The notes: generated by a model from the sequence alone, not told the origin. A stretch of DNA of 62,011 nt from Neoconidiobolus thromboides FSU 785 (GCA_025603075.1 MU626382.1:1-62011); one strand, 5' to 3'; positions 1 to 13,214 are shown, counted from the first letter of the stretch. Numbers and translations are program-made.

Positions 1-374
1 GATGCTTTCTTATTAGAAATGTATAGCTTATACTTTATTAAATATCTTATATGATCACAATTTTAATTAATTAAAAGTTAATTGAATTACTTCATTAAAG
101 TAATGCTTTGTAATAAAGGATGAATATTAATTGGCCATATGTATAGAATTGTACTATTGATAAATAATAAGATGGAAATCAAGTTCTAAAATGTTCTTAT
201 TACACTGTATTCTCAAGCACAAACAATACCATCATATTATAAAGATAATATTTCTTTCTTATATTTTAATTAGCCTTTGTTTAGGAATATATATGTGTTG
301 TTACTAAGATGGAGTTTTTAACACCTTTTTTGTATAAATTACTTTTATAAGATTGAAAATAACTTAAAACATAT

Positions 375-473
375 GGGGATGTATTTCTGTATTTAAGAAT
401 TTTACTAACAATTTTTCCACCCAAATAACGCTTAAAAGATGGAAAAAGTAATGAAGCCAAAAAAAACAGCCCC
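375..473 (+). mobile_element. ~98-bp MITE copy
   Basis: GGGGATG...CAGCCCC, flanks ATAT/ATAT. Strand is relative to this copy. Confidence 0.85.
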
Positions 474-688
474 ATATTTAATTTAATATCATTTTGATTT
501 ATTTTTCAAAGTGCTATATCTTATACTGTAAGATCATCGTTATTGGTGGATGGATAGATACTTATTATAGAAGTCCACTTCTTATAACATAATTTGTAAG
601 TAGGTATTCTTATGTTTTCAAATATTTATTTAAAGGAAGTAATGATAGTTCTAATATTTTGAAATTCTATTTTTTTTTGGAAATAAGC

Positions 689-781
689 GGGGATATATTT
701 TTTTGCTTAATAATTTTACCAACAATTTTTGCACTCAAATAGCACTTAAATGTAAAAAGTTGAAACAAAAAAACACAGTCC
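689..781 (+). mobile_element. ~98-bp MITE copy, degenerate
   Basis: GGGGATAT start and internal AATTTTACCAACAATTTTTGCACTCAAATAGCACTTAAA; right end eroded. Confidence 0.65.
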
Positions 782-1365
782 AATTTATATAATTTAGCTT
801 TAAACTTGTAAAATTTACATACAGTGATAAACAAAAGTGACCATGTTTGCCAATTTTTAGCTTTTTTATCAATATTTAATTTGATTCTTTTCAGCATATA
901 CCTATGTATTCATACTGTTAACTAGGGTTACTTTCTACAATATGTAAGTTATTTAAATTTTAATGAGAAAGTTAAAAAGTGACTAATATGGATTCACTTT
1001 TTTACATCACAGCATACTAATCTATTATCAAAAGATGTATTTTTAAACCTCGAAGAAACCAAAGATTCCCAAATGTTTTACTAGTGAAAATAGTAAAAGG
1101 TATATAAGGAAAATAGAGAATGTGAATTAAAGGTAAGGAAGGGCGAAAAGAAGAGATAAAAGAAGGATATTAATCTAATTAGATAATTGATTGGGATACT
1201 CTGGTTTCTAAACACCTGTGTCTTTGCTTTTTTACCATCAACATAAGCATATTTTTGATTATCAATTCTCTATAACAAACTGAATAAATCGGTCTGGCAT
1301 AGACTTTCTAAATTTAAGAGGACATATTCTTTTCCATTATTTTTTTAAAATCTAAATAATTATAT

Positions 1366-1457
1366 AGAATGTTTTTTTGATTTCATTTTTCCATTCTTCA
1401 AGTCCTATTTGAGTAGAATAACTATTAATGAAATTCTTAAACAAAAAATACATTCCC
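1366..1457 (-). mobile_element. ~98-bp MITE copy
   Basis: Reverse orientation, flanks ATAT/ATAT. Confidence 0.75.
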
Positions 1458-2159
1458 ATATCTTCTCCTTTTAATGGATTTACTTTCTCTTATCTACCAC
1501 TTACTCTTTGCAAAAATAAAGCACTAATAAATAATGAACCTTTCAAGATCTAAAAAATGGTACATTTGAGTACAACAGATTTAAAAATTACCACATCATA
1601 AATTTATAATGTATTAAAGGCCAAAACTTTATTTAACTAAGGATTTATAATAATTTAATATTTCAAGTTTAAAGAAGATAAAGTTGCAGTATTGCTAAAT
1701 TTCATTAAACGTAGAATTGGGCATTTGAATTTTGTTTACTGAGCTCAATCATAGTGACTTTTTTTGCTTTTACATCTAGTAAATACAAAATTTTAATGCT
1801 CAGCTCTATGCTTAATAAAATTTAGTAATAATTCATCGGATAAATAACTTATTATTTCAAACATGGTAATGATGTTAAGTTAACCAATTCTTTTACACTA
1901 ATTTTACAAACAAATAAATAGACCAATTAAAATCGAAAATTTTAAAAGATAAGGGAGGACCAAACTAACGTGACGTAAGGATTGAAAAGAAAAAAGCCAA
2001 ACTATGAAGTAGTGGATGATAATAGTGAAAAAAGGATTGAATGATTGGTCAAAGTAATATAAGAATAACTTCATTCGCATTATCTCAAGAATAGCTAAAA
2101 TGAAGGATTTAAAAACTCGAAAAAAAAAAACTAAACTTTAATTTCATCAAAATAATAAA

Positions 2160-3109
<950 letters not shown>

Positions 3110-3206
3110 TTTAAATGCTAAATAAAATCAATTTATTATTTTAAACTTATAAAAAATTTAAATTAAATATACGTTTATTGATTTTAATAAATTTAATAGT
3201 TAAATA

Positions 3207-3836
3207 TTAAGCAGTAGAACCACCTCTAACATATTGGGTAAGAATTTTAGCGAAATTTTCACCTTGAGTACGAGCAATATCCAATTCTTTTTCAGATGCT
3301 TGTCTTGCCCCATTATTACCTGCAACTACAGAAGCACCATAAGGAGATCCACCGAGTACATCTTTATCTTCTTGAAGGTTAGGGTTAGCATAGCCAAGTG
3401 GAACATAAACAATACCAAAATGAGCAAAAGTAGTTAAAAAGGTAAGATGGGTAGTTTCTTGTCCACCATGCTGAGTATTGGAGGATACAAAAGTACCAGC
3501 AAATTTACCTTGTAAAGCACCAGTGGCCCATAAACCACCACAAGCATCCCAAAAGTGCTTAAATTGTGCTGGCATGATACCAAAACGAGTTGGAACACCA
3601 AACAAAAAGCCATCGGCTTCTTTTAGTTTTTCAGGAGTAAGTACTTCAATATCAGTTGGCTTAGCTGGGGCATGCATTTTTGTGAGTACTTCTTGTGGTA
3701 AAGTTTCGGGAATTTGATACAATGTTACTTCGACATTGGATACACGTTCGGCTCCTTCTTTAATAGCACGAGCTAAAGTAAGGATATGTTGATAAGTAGA
3801 GTAATATGGAATAAAAATTTTAGTTGGACGAGCCAT
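3207..3836 (-). CDS. Flavodoxin-like NAD(P)H:quinone oxidoreductase (WrbA/Pst2/Ycp4 family), copy 1
   Basis: Intronless, 209 aa. Motifs ADGFLFGVPTRFG, GGLWATGALQGKFAGTFVSS, QHGGQETT, GGSPYGA. Confidence 0.95.
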   Translation of the reverse strand: MARPTKIFIPYYSTYQHILTLARAIKEGAERVSNVEVTLYQIPETLPQEVLTKMHAPAKPTDIEVLTPEKLKEADGFLFGVPTRFGIMPAQFKHFWDACGGLWATGALQGKFAGTFVSSNTQHGGQETTHLTFLTTFAHFGIVYVPLGYANPNLQEDKDVLGGSPYGASVVAGNNGARQASEKELDIARTQGENFAKILTQYVRGGSTA

Positions 3837-4478
3837 TTTAAGTTTTATTTGATAGAAATTTTATTTTCTAGTTTTCTTTCGTTTTAGTTTAAATAGCATC
3901 TGTTTGATTACGTACAATGTTAACAAAAAGGGGTTAAAAATAAATACGATTTAGTAAGAGCAAATAATAACTTACCATTATAATAATATGCGTTTGTAAT
4001 TGGATTAGTTCCCTTAAGGTAGTTTAACAATTTCTAATATAGCTACTTGGAACTTGAATTGTGAACTAAAATTGTGATTCCTATTAGTTTTACTGAAGAG
4101 CTTAAAATTTATTAGTGTATATTAGATCTGTTTTAAGTACAATTTCTCTGCCCAAAGTTTACTATTATTTATGAGGACTTAAAATTGCATATCTAATTAT
4201 GAAAAAACAGAAACATTTGACTCGTTTAAATGAGAGAATTCGAAACATGCAAAAATAGTGCTGGCCAATTAAAAGCCTAAAATTGAGATATTTGAATGAG
4301 TCAAATGCAAAAATGTCTTGTTTTTTCCTAATGATATATTGGATTATTTAGCATTGGTAACACATTGGTAATGCAAAAATTAGTTTTATTTTAAAATAAA
4401 AGATAAACAAAAATACATCCCTCATATGAAATAAAATTATTTTATCTTCATTTCCAACCTATAAATCTATTCAATCTC

Positions 4479-4556
4479 AAGAATTTTACTAACAAATTTC
4501 CGCTTAAATAGTGCTTAAAAAATGGAAAAAGCAATGAAGTCAAAAAAAATACTCCC
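4479..4556 (+). mobile_element. ~98-bp MITE, 5'-truncated copy
   Basis: Internal consensus plus right end; left end absent at the expected position. Confidence 0.75.
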
Positions 4557-5059
4557 ATATCTCATGACAAAACAGAATAACAATAAAATCGACTTTTTAA
4601 AATAAGATACAAATTTATCACTTTTTATTTCTATAAAAGTTATTTTTTGCTAGAGCTGCTATTATTGAGCTGTAAAATTTTTACCTCCAAAACATTTTTA
4701 ATTCATGATGTTTTTATAAAATCAATTTTTAGAATACTAAAAACATGTAGTAATATTTATATCAAAAATAAATGCTAGAAAATTAAGAATAATAATAATT
4801 CTAATGAGGTAAAGAAAATAAATCAATATTATCTATTTGATGGCAAAATTTATTTAAATATAAGTTAAGAGATGTGAAATTAATATCACAAGTACTAATT
4901 GTTATAAAATTATTACAACAATATATTTTATTAACTTTTTAAATTCCAATAAGTAACAGATAATATTACTTCAATATAGAAAAGTTACACAAATAATTAA
5001 ATTTTAAATAGTAGATATGGTTTGATTTAAATATTACACTAGATATAAAAATACACTTG

Positions 5060-6082
5060 CTAGTGATCGCCACTTCTTTGATGGATAGTTTTAACATGGC
5101 GAGTTAAATCATGTTTTCTAGAAAAAGCACGATTGCAAACTGTACATGTATGAGGCTTAATACGAATAGGACTATGGATCTCTAGATGAGCTCTCATATT
5201 ATAAGGGCGACTAAATAATTTCTTACATCCTGGGTATGTACAAGGGATACTTTTGGGACGATCTGGAGCACGGCTTTTATGGCCTGATTGAACATATGAG
5301 TTATTTTCCTCTGTATCCTTTTTATTGGCCTTCGAAGTATACATTGAATTAATATTGTACGATAGCGGAGACTCTTTACTCACACTATTATTATTAGCTG
5401 ATAAAACATCTGGAATAGGCTTTCCCGTCCTTTGATTCAAAGTAACGGGTGCATTTTGATTCAAAGCAATGGCTTGCCTTAGTGCATTAGCATATTCCAT
5501 GGTATATTGAGGATAATTCGTTAATGGATAAAACGAACTAACTTGGTTGAGAAAGTCTTGTGAATAAAATTGGGATACTCGGGATGAATCAATATTACTT
5601 GTGATAAGAGGATGATATAAGCCGCTACTGTCATAAGTTGGTACACTTGGACTTTGAAATGAATTTACATTAGCATAAATATTAGCATTTGAATAGGGTG
5701 AAATAGGATCAATATTTGGGGTGGATACCGATATAGTTGATCTCATGTAGTTGTCTCCATCAAACTGTGCAAGTGGAGACTCATTTGGTTCTGTTTTAAT
5801 TGCTGTTAACTGATTTGTATTATTTTGATTCATGTCGAATAAGGCTGCTTCTTGGTAATAAGGATCAAATGAAGTTATGTTATCTGGTGATATACAGGAA
5901 AGTGGAGATTGAAAACTATTCAAATTATAATTTATACCTGTATTAAATGCTGTTTCAAATATCATTGGATCAACCACATCCTTAGGATTTGCAAAATCGT
6001 CCAATTCTAAATCAACTGCGCTTTTATTATTGTAGTTTGGCTTATCAAAGTTTGTATTGTATGTTAAATAATTATTAGTCAT
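5060..6082 (-). CDS. C2H2 zinc-finger transcription factor (two C-terminal fingers, Crz1-like recognition helices)
   Basis: 340-aa ORF. Low-complexity N/S/P-rich N-terminus, then CTYPGCKKLFSRPYNMRAHLEIH and CTVCNRAFSRKHDLTRHVKTIH. Confidence 0.9.
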   Translation of the reverse strand: MTNNYLTYNTNFDKPNYNNKSAVDLELDDFANPKDVVDPMIFETAFNTGINYNLNSFQSPLSCISPDNITSFDPYYQEAALFDMNQNNTNQLTAIKTEPNESPLAQFDGDNYMRSTISVSTPNIDPISPYSNANIYANVNSFQSPSVPTYDSSGLYHPLITSNIDSSRVSQFYSQDFLNQVSSFYPLTNYPQYTMEYANALRQAIALNQNAPVTLNQRTGKPIPDVLSANNNSVSKESPLSYNINSMYTSKANKKDTEENNSYVQSGHKSRAPDRPKSIPCTYPGCKKLFSRPYNMRAHLEIHSPIRIKPHTCTVCNRAFSRKHDLTRHVKTIHQRSGDH

Positions 6083-8136
6083 ATTGATAGTATGTCTTAT
6101 TTATTGTTGGGGAACTTTTTTTTCAGAGTTTTTATTGTTTTTATTTGAATTGATTTTGATTTTGTTATTATAAATAAAATTAATTTAAAAATTTTTTATT
6201 GAGATTTCAATTCCTCTGGTATTTATAGTTTTCATAAATTCTAAATTTAGTAATTCGATCCTCAGCTTTGCTTCGATTTATAATTTTTGCATTCTATAAA
6301 GTGACTCAAAACCAAAAATAGATCATATAATAGGAGAAATTAGCAATGATGACATAATCATAAATTGCAACTTGCTCAATTAGTAATCTAGTTAATTTTG
6401 GCCACCAGTTCTAGTTAATTCCAAATTTAAGTAGAATTTTAGTCAAATAAAGGTTAGAGTGAGGGGTATTATAAATTAAAAGATATGAAAATTTAACTAA
6501 AATTGCTAATAACAAATTTATAACCCATTATAAAATACCGGCTATTCCATAAATATTTTACTAGATTAATAATGGGATTGCAATTTTTTTAAATTCGGTT
6601 TAAAGTTTAACCACTAGGCAATATTTAACTCCAAACATTAAAGTCAAACTTTTAATAAAAATTACTAATTTTACTAATTTGTATAGATATCCTTTCAAAC
6701 TTCGTTTTCACCACCTTAAACACCGAGTCCAATCAGCTTATTCATAGTGGCGATACTTATTAACATCAAACATTAGAATATAAGATTAACCAAAAAGAAA
6801 ACATTTATGACTCATTCATTTTATCACTCCTTTTTTTATATGATGCACTGCTATATATAAATTGTTATGTGGGGTAATATAATTAATAATAGTCACTCTT
6901 AGACTTTTAAGGCGCCGGTTGACCAATCATAATATCTAACTTAGCCTAATGACTGATTGTTAAGTTCTTTCTGACTTGGCATCATTTTAATCACATCGAT
7001 ATATTTAATTGGTAATTCAGTTGCCCTTGGCCAATCAAAATCCTACATTAATAATTATTTATTTATTGGCAATTCAGTTGTTTTGCATATTTACTCTAAA
7101 GTCAGATTTTGCAAAAACATTACCGATTTATAAGAACAACTACGGACATCTGAAACAAGGTTAAATCACGTTTTTAAAAGATCGGTTTAACCCACCCTAA
7201 AATATTAATTATCCGTTTAAATTCAAAAATCCGCAGCACAAATGTTAATTTTAAATCCGACCTATTGGAATCTAACTCAAGTTCCGAATGGGATAAAACT
7301 AGTTGCTAGATGCTTTTGTTTTTTTAATTTGTTAATTTTTTTATAATAGATTTATAGTCTATGTATAGTGGTTAATCATAAATTCCCATAAAAGAAATTA
7401 ACAATAAATTAAGAAAATTAAAGTACCTAAATCCAATAAGTTTTGTTTATAAGGCAGATATTTCATTTTACTGTGGAAAATAAAAAATTAAAATTATATA
7501 TATTATTAGTAAATTTATTTTAAACTTTTCCTTTATTTTAAATCGAAGAATAATTTTTTTTAATATATTAGTTAAACTGTTTTAAGAAGTCTTTGTAACC
7601 CAATAAAAATTGCATATTCAGAGTTTTCAGACTCATTCAGCTGTACACTAAAAAATATCCGAGTAAATTGATGAGAATTTTCTTTAAAAGTAAAGTAATT
7701 TCTAACATGATTATTTAAATAGTTTAAGGCTTCAAATACTTGTTATATATAGTGATAAACGAATGCACTAATTATATTGTAATAGTTTTTTTGTTTGATT
7801 TCCAATGGCTACATCTATATGAATAAGGATATACTTGTTACATTTTTAAAATACTACAACAGCGATCATATAAGGTAACTAATTTGATATATCCTATATT
7901 CCATGTCAAATAGCCAAGTTAGGTCACGATATATCATTGATTTAAACAACAAACATAAATTTTGTTTATTTTTAATTTCAATAACTTACTTATTCAATCT
8001 ATTAATGGACAATAACGTAAAGATAAAGTAAATTCTATTATTTATAAAATAACGATTCAAGTTAAATTTGTTACTGAAATTGAAATCTGATTTAAAACTC
8101 CACTTATTATAACATTTAAAAACATACTAATGAAGT

Positions 8137-8753
8137 TTAAAGTTGGAATCTCTTTATTGAAGCCACTTCAACTAAAATCTTATATAATTCAGCATCATCG
8201 ATTCCTGAAGTTACACTGAGCAAATTAGTCATAATAATAAACACAATGCCATTTAGCTTACCTTGGGATAATTGCTTTACATTCTCCAACATCATCAACA
8301 TTTAATGTAACAATTTGTGCCATTTCAAATGGATCAAGGGTTGTTTTGGCTAAAGCTCTATCGTTTAAGACTTTTATAATTAAAATAAATTACCATTTAA
8401 TTAGATTACCTTCTAATATCCTTAATGGTATCCGTTTTAGCAATACGATTAAACCTTGAGCAATGCTGTAAGGTTTTGTCAAAGACACTAAATAATTTGT
8501 ATTTATTTTGATTTAGTTAAATAATTAATTTACTCTGTATTGCTTTGATGTGGGGGTTTATTGTTTTTTTGAGCTTCCATAAGTACTTTGACTTCCGATA
8601 AAAATAAGGGTTGTGCGTTTTGGAACTCTATCTTTTGTAAATTTACCTTCAACTAGTTTAATCTTGTTTACCTTCCCCAAAATGCAATGCAGTTGCATCT
8701 TCATCAAATGGTTGTGTATTATCTAATAAACCCAATCCAACTACTTCATCCAT
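8137..8753 (-). CDS. RPB4: RNA polymerase II subunit RPB4, 5 exons
   Basis: Manual splice of 8753-8672, 8627-8534, 8487-8410, 8357-8262, 8215-8137 (introns 44, 46, 52, 46 nt, all GT-AG) gives 142 aa: ...DEDATALHFGEEFQNAQPLFLSEVKVLME...VFDKTLQHCSRF...LDPFEMAQIVTLNVDDVGECKAIIPSV...DDAELYKILVEVASIKRFQL. Confidence 0.93.
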
Positions 8754-9841
8754 TGTTTTTAATGAATATTTAAAAAAAATAAAATTCGTTTTTTAAAACT
8801 AGGCTTTAACTTATTTCTTAGCCAATACTATTCTTTGGTTGGTTGGTTTTTATAAGATTTTTGCTAAAACATTGGCTGTTATTTTTTTGCTTTTTTAAAA
8901 AAGCTAGTTTATATAAAACCACAGTTTACCATTAGTATACTCTGCTTTGTAGTGAAAATAAATTGTTAAAGCAATAAAAAATCATACACAAATGGGTTGG
9001 CTACATTGAACTACTTTGAATTCCATCTAAAAGCTTTAAATTACTATTTGTAATTATTATTTTACTTTAAAAACTAATGAGATTTATTTGGGAAATTTAA
9101 CAGATAGGACAGGCTGGAACTTTCCTCCATAAAATGGCAGAGAAAGCAGAATAAATCTTGATATTTGGGATACATATTCATTACTATCAATACCAAACAG
9201 AAAAGGAAGGTTAAAACTTCAAATACGATTAAAAGAAGACATTTATTTAACGATGAAAATAAAATAATAGATACTTAAATCTTATAATTTTAAAGATTTA
9301 ATAAAATAAAACATCTATGTTGCTTTTTAGTAATTCATTTTAATAAAGTTTATGTTTTCAAATTTATACAGTTCTTAAAAGTTTACTCTCAAAAATGAAA
9401 ACAAAAAAAATATTTTTTAAAGTCAGACTTAAGGTCTTTATATTAATTTTATTTAAGAATCAAACATTGTTAAGTGCTATAAGATATAAGAGAAATCAAA
9501 AAGTGAATAGCATTTATGTGAGCTAAATATTGAGCTCATGATTGGGATTTGCATTCTTTTAAATATATAAGAAAGTGGATATTAGGTAACGGATCCCACG
9601 AGGAGGCTAGTCTTGTTAAGCTAAGTTTAAAGTTCATGTAGATCAATCGAGTACATCTAGGGAAGAGTGAGTTAGGAGATATATTCATGAGATTGAATAT
9701 CAACTTTGAATGGGACAAGACAATGGATGAAATGACAGTAAAGTATATTGAATAGTTTGTATCAACGAAACAAAAAAAGGTTATAATATTTAAACATAAT
9801 TGATCACTCCAAAAAAAGTTAATATTATAATGAAAATATAT

Positions 9842-9939
9842 GGGGATGTATTTTTTTGTTTTAAAATTTTACTAATAATTTTTCCACTCAAATAGCGCTT
9901 AAAAATGGAAAAAGTGATGAAACCAAAAAAAACATTCCC
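9842..9939 (+). mobile_element. ~98-bp MITE copy
   Basis: Full length, flanks ATAT/ATAT. Confidence 0.85.
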
Positions 9940-10441
9940 ATATTTTAATAAAAATTAGTGATAAAATAACAAGGACGATTTAAAATAGATTTATTATAAT
10001 GTAAATTATATAAAACCATCCAGTCTTTAAATGTCTTGAAAATTAAAATAAAATCGCTTGAAAACAATAGACTGAATTTAAATCATTACGATAAGTTGAT
10101 TGTTTTGTAGATATGCTTATCTAATTTAAAAAATTAACACTTGCATTATGATTTATACTTTAGAAAAGGTTGTTGATAAAGCTATAGTCTCCTTTAAGTA
10201 TAAAAGAGCAAACTTGAATATCGAATTTAAATTTTAGTAAGGATAACAAAATCACAATTGGATTAAGTAAAAATAGCTTACCTTACATTTAAAATACCAC
10301 ATTGTTAAAACTCTGCATTTATAGAACGCAATATATTGTGAGAGCAAACCTATTATCTCTGAAAAATAATCAAAAAGTCTAAAAAAGTAATAATTATACT
10401 ATAAGTTAAATTTTAATTAAAATTTATAATAACAAATAAAA

Positions 10442-11071
10442 TTAAGCTGATTCAGCACCACGAACAAATTGAGATACTAATTTAGCAAAATTTTCACCTT
10501 GGATACGACCGGTTTCTAATTCTTTTTCTGAAATTTTTCTAGCTCCATTTTCACCAGCAACAATGGAGGCGCCGTATGGTGAGCCACCAATAACCTCCAC
10601 ATCTTCTTTAAGATGAGGTGAAGCATAACCAGTTGGTACATAAACCATACCAAAATGGGCTACAGTAGTTAAGAAAGTAAGATGAGTGGTTTCTTGTCCA
10701 CCATGTTGAGTATTGGAGGATACAAAGGTACCAGCAAATTTACCATGTAAACCACCAGTGGCCCATAAACCACCACAACCATCCCAAAAGTGTTTCCATT
10801 GAGCTGGCATCATACCAAAACGAGTTGGGATACCAAATAAAAAGCCATCAGCTTCTTTTAGTAATTCAGGGGTAATAATTTCAACATCTTCTGGTTTAGC
10901 TGGGGCATGCATTTTAGCAAGTACTTCTTCTGGTAAAGTTTCTGGTACTTGGAATAATTTAACTTCAACATTTGGGACACGTTCAGCACCTTCTTTAATT
11001 GCTTTAGCTAAAGTGTAAATATGTTGATAAGTGGAGTAGTATGGGATGTAGATTTTAGTTGTACGAGTCAT
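10442..11071 (-). CDS. Flavodoxin-like NAD(P)H:quinone oxidoreductase, copy 2
   Basis: Intronless, 209 aa, same family motifs as 3207-3836. Confidence 0.95.
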   Translation of the reverse strand: MTRTTKIYIPYYSTYQHIYTLAKAIKEGAERVPNVEVKLFQVPETLPEEVLAKMHAPAKPEDVEIITPELLKEADGFLFGIPTRFGMMPAQWKHFWDGCGGLWATGGLHGKFAGTFVSSNTQHGGQETTHLTFLTTVAHFGMVYVPTGYASPHLKEDVEVIGGSPYGASIVAGENGARKISEKELETGRIQGENFAKLVSQFVRGAESA

Positions 11072-12584
11072 TGATTTATTTTTATTTTAATTTAAAAAAT
11101 AATGTAAGGAGTAGAAAGGTTATTTTAGGTTTATATACTTTTTTTACAATAACTTGTTATTTTAATTTTATATTCTCGCTTATTAATTTGTTGGCTTCTG
11201 AAGTAAGCAATAATTAATATATCCAATCACATTCCATCCTGTAGTCATCACTCTTAATACCTTAAATTTGTTTATAAATTTAGTGAACAGTTCTTATCAT
11301 TTGGACTTCTAATATTAATGAAATAAATGCTACAGTTGTAGATATTAAACAAAACCAACAGACAAAGCATTAAGCAAAGTAGCATTGTATACTATAAAAT
11401 AATAGGTTATGTATATAAATTTAATAAAATAATGTACTGATATTAAAAACAGTATAGTAAAATATTTCATAAATATCGGATAAATTGCTAACATTAATCT
11501 AAAATATAAAGAATGTAATTTTTATATTATTATTTTAGCCTAAATTAAGATAAAATTAAGAACTTATTAATTACTTTTACAACATTTAAATATTATTTTC
11601 CCATTTTAATAGTTAAAATGGAACTACGCCATATACCATATTAATTCATCGATTTGTTAGTTAAATTATGTCATATTCACCTCAACCTATTATCAAAATT
11701 TATACTATAAAGTAGGATATACTGATATGATTTATAATAAATGTTATAAATGGAGGGGTCTAGAATAAACTTATGTTATATATTTATCCTAATTATATTC
11801 TACTATTTATATTATGTACTCCCTGAATAGATTAGTTATATATAATTGGATAAACTATACCTCCCCTTTTTAAATTGGGACCTCTTCTTTTTTATCCTTT
11901 TTTAACTTCCTTTAGCAACTTTTTCCCTGATCTATCATACTATAATATCAATTAGTTGAATAATCAAGGTAAGCGAATTTATAACTTTTAGAAATGCATA
12001 TCGACTATGTATCGAGGAATTAACTCTGTATTCCCCTAACTATTCTAATTCTGATACTTAATAATGGTGTCTCATATCATTGCAGTAAAGAATTTAGTTG
12101 AAATTTATGACTAGGCGATCTAATTGTATAAAAATAAGTAAGACTTTAGATGACATATTTATGTTAATTGTTGTTCGATCTCAACTAAATGATTATGGTG
12201 GTTTCTCTATCAAATTTAGCACAGTGGTCTACATGTGATGAGTAATATTGATAATTAAACACTACTTTTAGGATACAAGTGAGTGCTATTGTCAAATCTT
12301 AAGTGTTTTCAAGGATCGGTTTACCTTATAAAATTATAGTTGGAAGGATTTAAATTGCATTCAAATACAACAGCAGGTACCTATAACCAAAATATAGATC
12401 AGTATTAATTTATCAATATGTATGATTATTTACCTTTACTAAACAAAATTGTCTTTGGATTTCAAATGAGATTAGAAGGAATAGTAAGTAAATGACACTA
12501 AAAAAATTAGTGAAAAAATAACTGAATTCAGCGAAAGACAAAACAACAAAGAATAAAATAAACAAATATTTAATTAAAATAAAC

Positions 12585-13214
12585 TTAAGCAGATTCAGAG
12601 CCTTTAACGTAGGTCGATACTAATTTAGCAAAATTTTCACCTTGGGCACGGCCAATTTCTAATTCTTTTTCGGAAGCTTGTTTGGAACCATTTTCCCCAG
12701 CAACAACTGAAGCACCATATGGCGATCCACCAATAACTTCATTAGCTTCTTGAAGATGAGAAGAAGCATAACCAAGTGGTACATAAACCATACCAAAATG
12801 GGCTACAGTAGTTAAGAAAGTAAGATGAGTGGTTTCTTGTCCACCATGTTGAGTATTGGAGGATACAAAGGTACCAGCAAATTTACCATTTAAAGCGCCA
12901 GTGGCCCATAAACCACCACAACCATCCCAAAAGTGTTTCCATTGAGCTGGCATCATACCAAAACGAGTTGGGATACCAAATAAAAAGCCATCAGCTTCTT
13001 TTAGTAATTCAGGGGTAATAATTTCAACATCTTCTGGTTTAGCTGGGGCATGCATTTTAGCAAGTACTTCTTCTGGTAAAGTTTCTGGTACTTGGAATAA
13101 TTTAACTTCAACATTTGGGACACGTTCAGCACCTTCTTTAATTGCTTTAGCTAAAGTGTAAATATGTTGATAAGTGGAGTAGTATGGGATGTAGATTTTA
13201 GTTGTACGAGTCAT
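12585..13214 (-). CDS. Flavodoxin-like NAD(P)H:quinone oxidoreductase, copy 3
   Basis: 209 aa from the ATG at 13214 (MTRTT..., matching copy 2). The track's 14-aa extension starts at a non-ATG codon. Confidence 0.95.
   Translation of the reverse strand: MTRTTKIYIPYYSTYQHIYTLAKAIKEGAERVPNVEVKLFQVPETLPEEVLAKMHAPAKPEDVEIITPELLKEADGFLFGIPTRFGMMPAQWKHFWDGCGGLWATGALNGKFAGTFVSSNTQHGGQETTHLTFLTTVAHFGMVYVPLGYASSHLQEANEVIGGSPYGASVVAGENGSKQASEKELEIGRAQGENFAKLVSTYVKGSESA

Noticed and set aside
393-399. TTACTAA (Yap1-type site) carried inside the MITE, and TTAGTAA at 3951 upstream of reductase copy 1
   Set aside because: A 7-mer with six A/T bases is expected dozens of times in DNA this AT-rich, so there is no evidence of function.
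375-473. Tc1/mariner (TA-TSD, Stowaway-like) reading of the MITE
   Set aside because: It fits the ATAT-flanked copies but not those with ACAT/ACAT, ATGT/ATGT, AAAT/AAAT or TTAT/TTAT direct flanks.
1971-1978. CRE-like TGACGTA upstream of THI4 (and at 41271 upstream of G6PD)
   Set aside because: A few occurrences are expected by chance in 62 kb and there is no conservation data.
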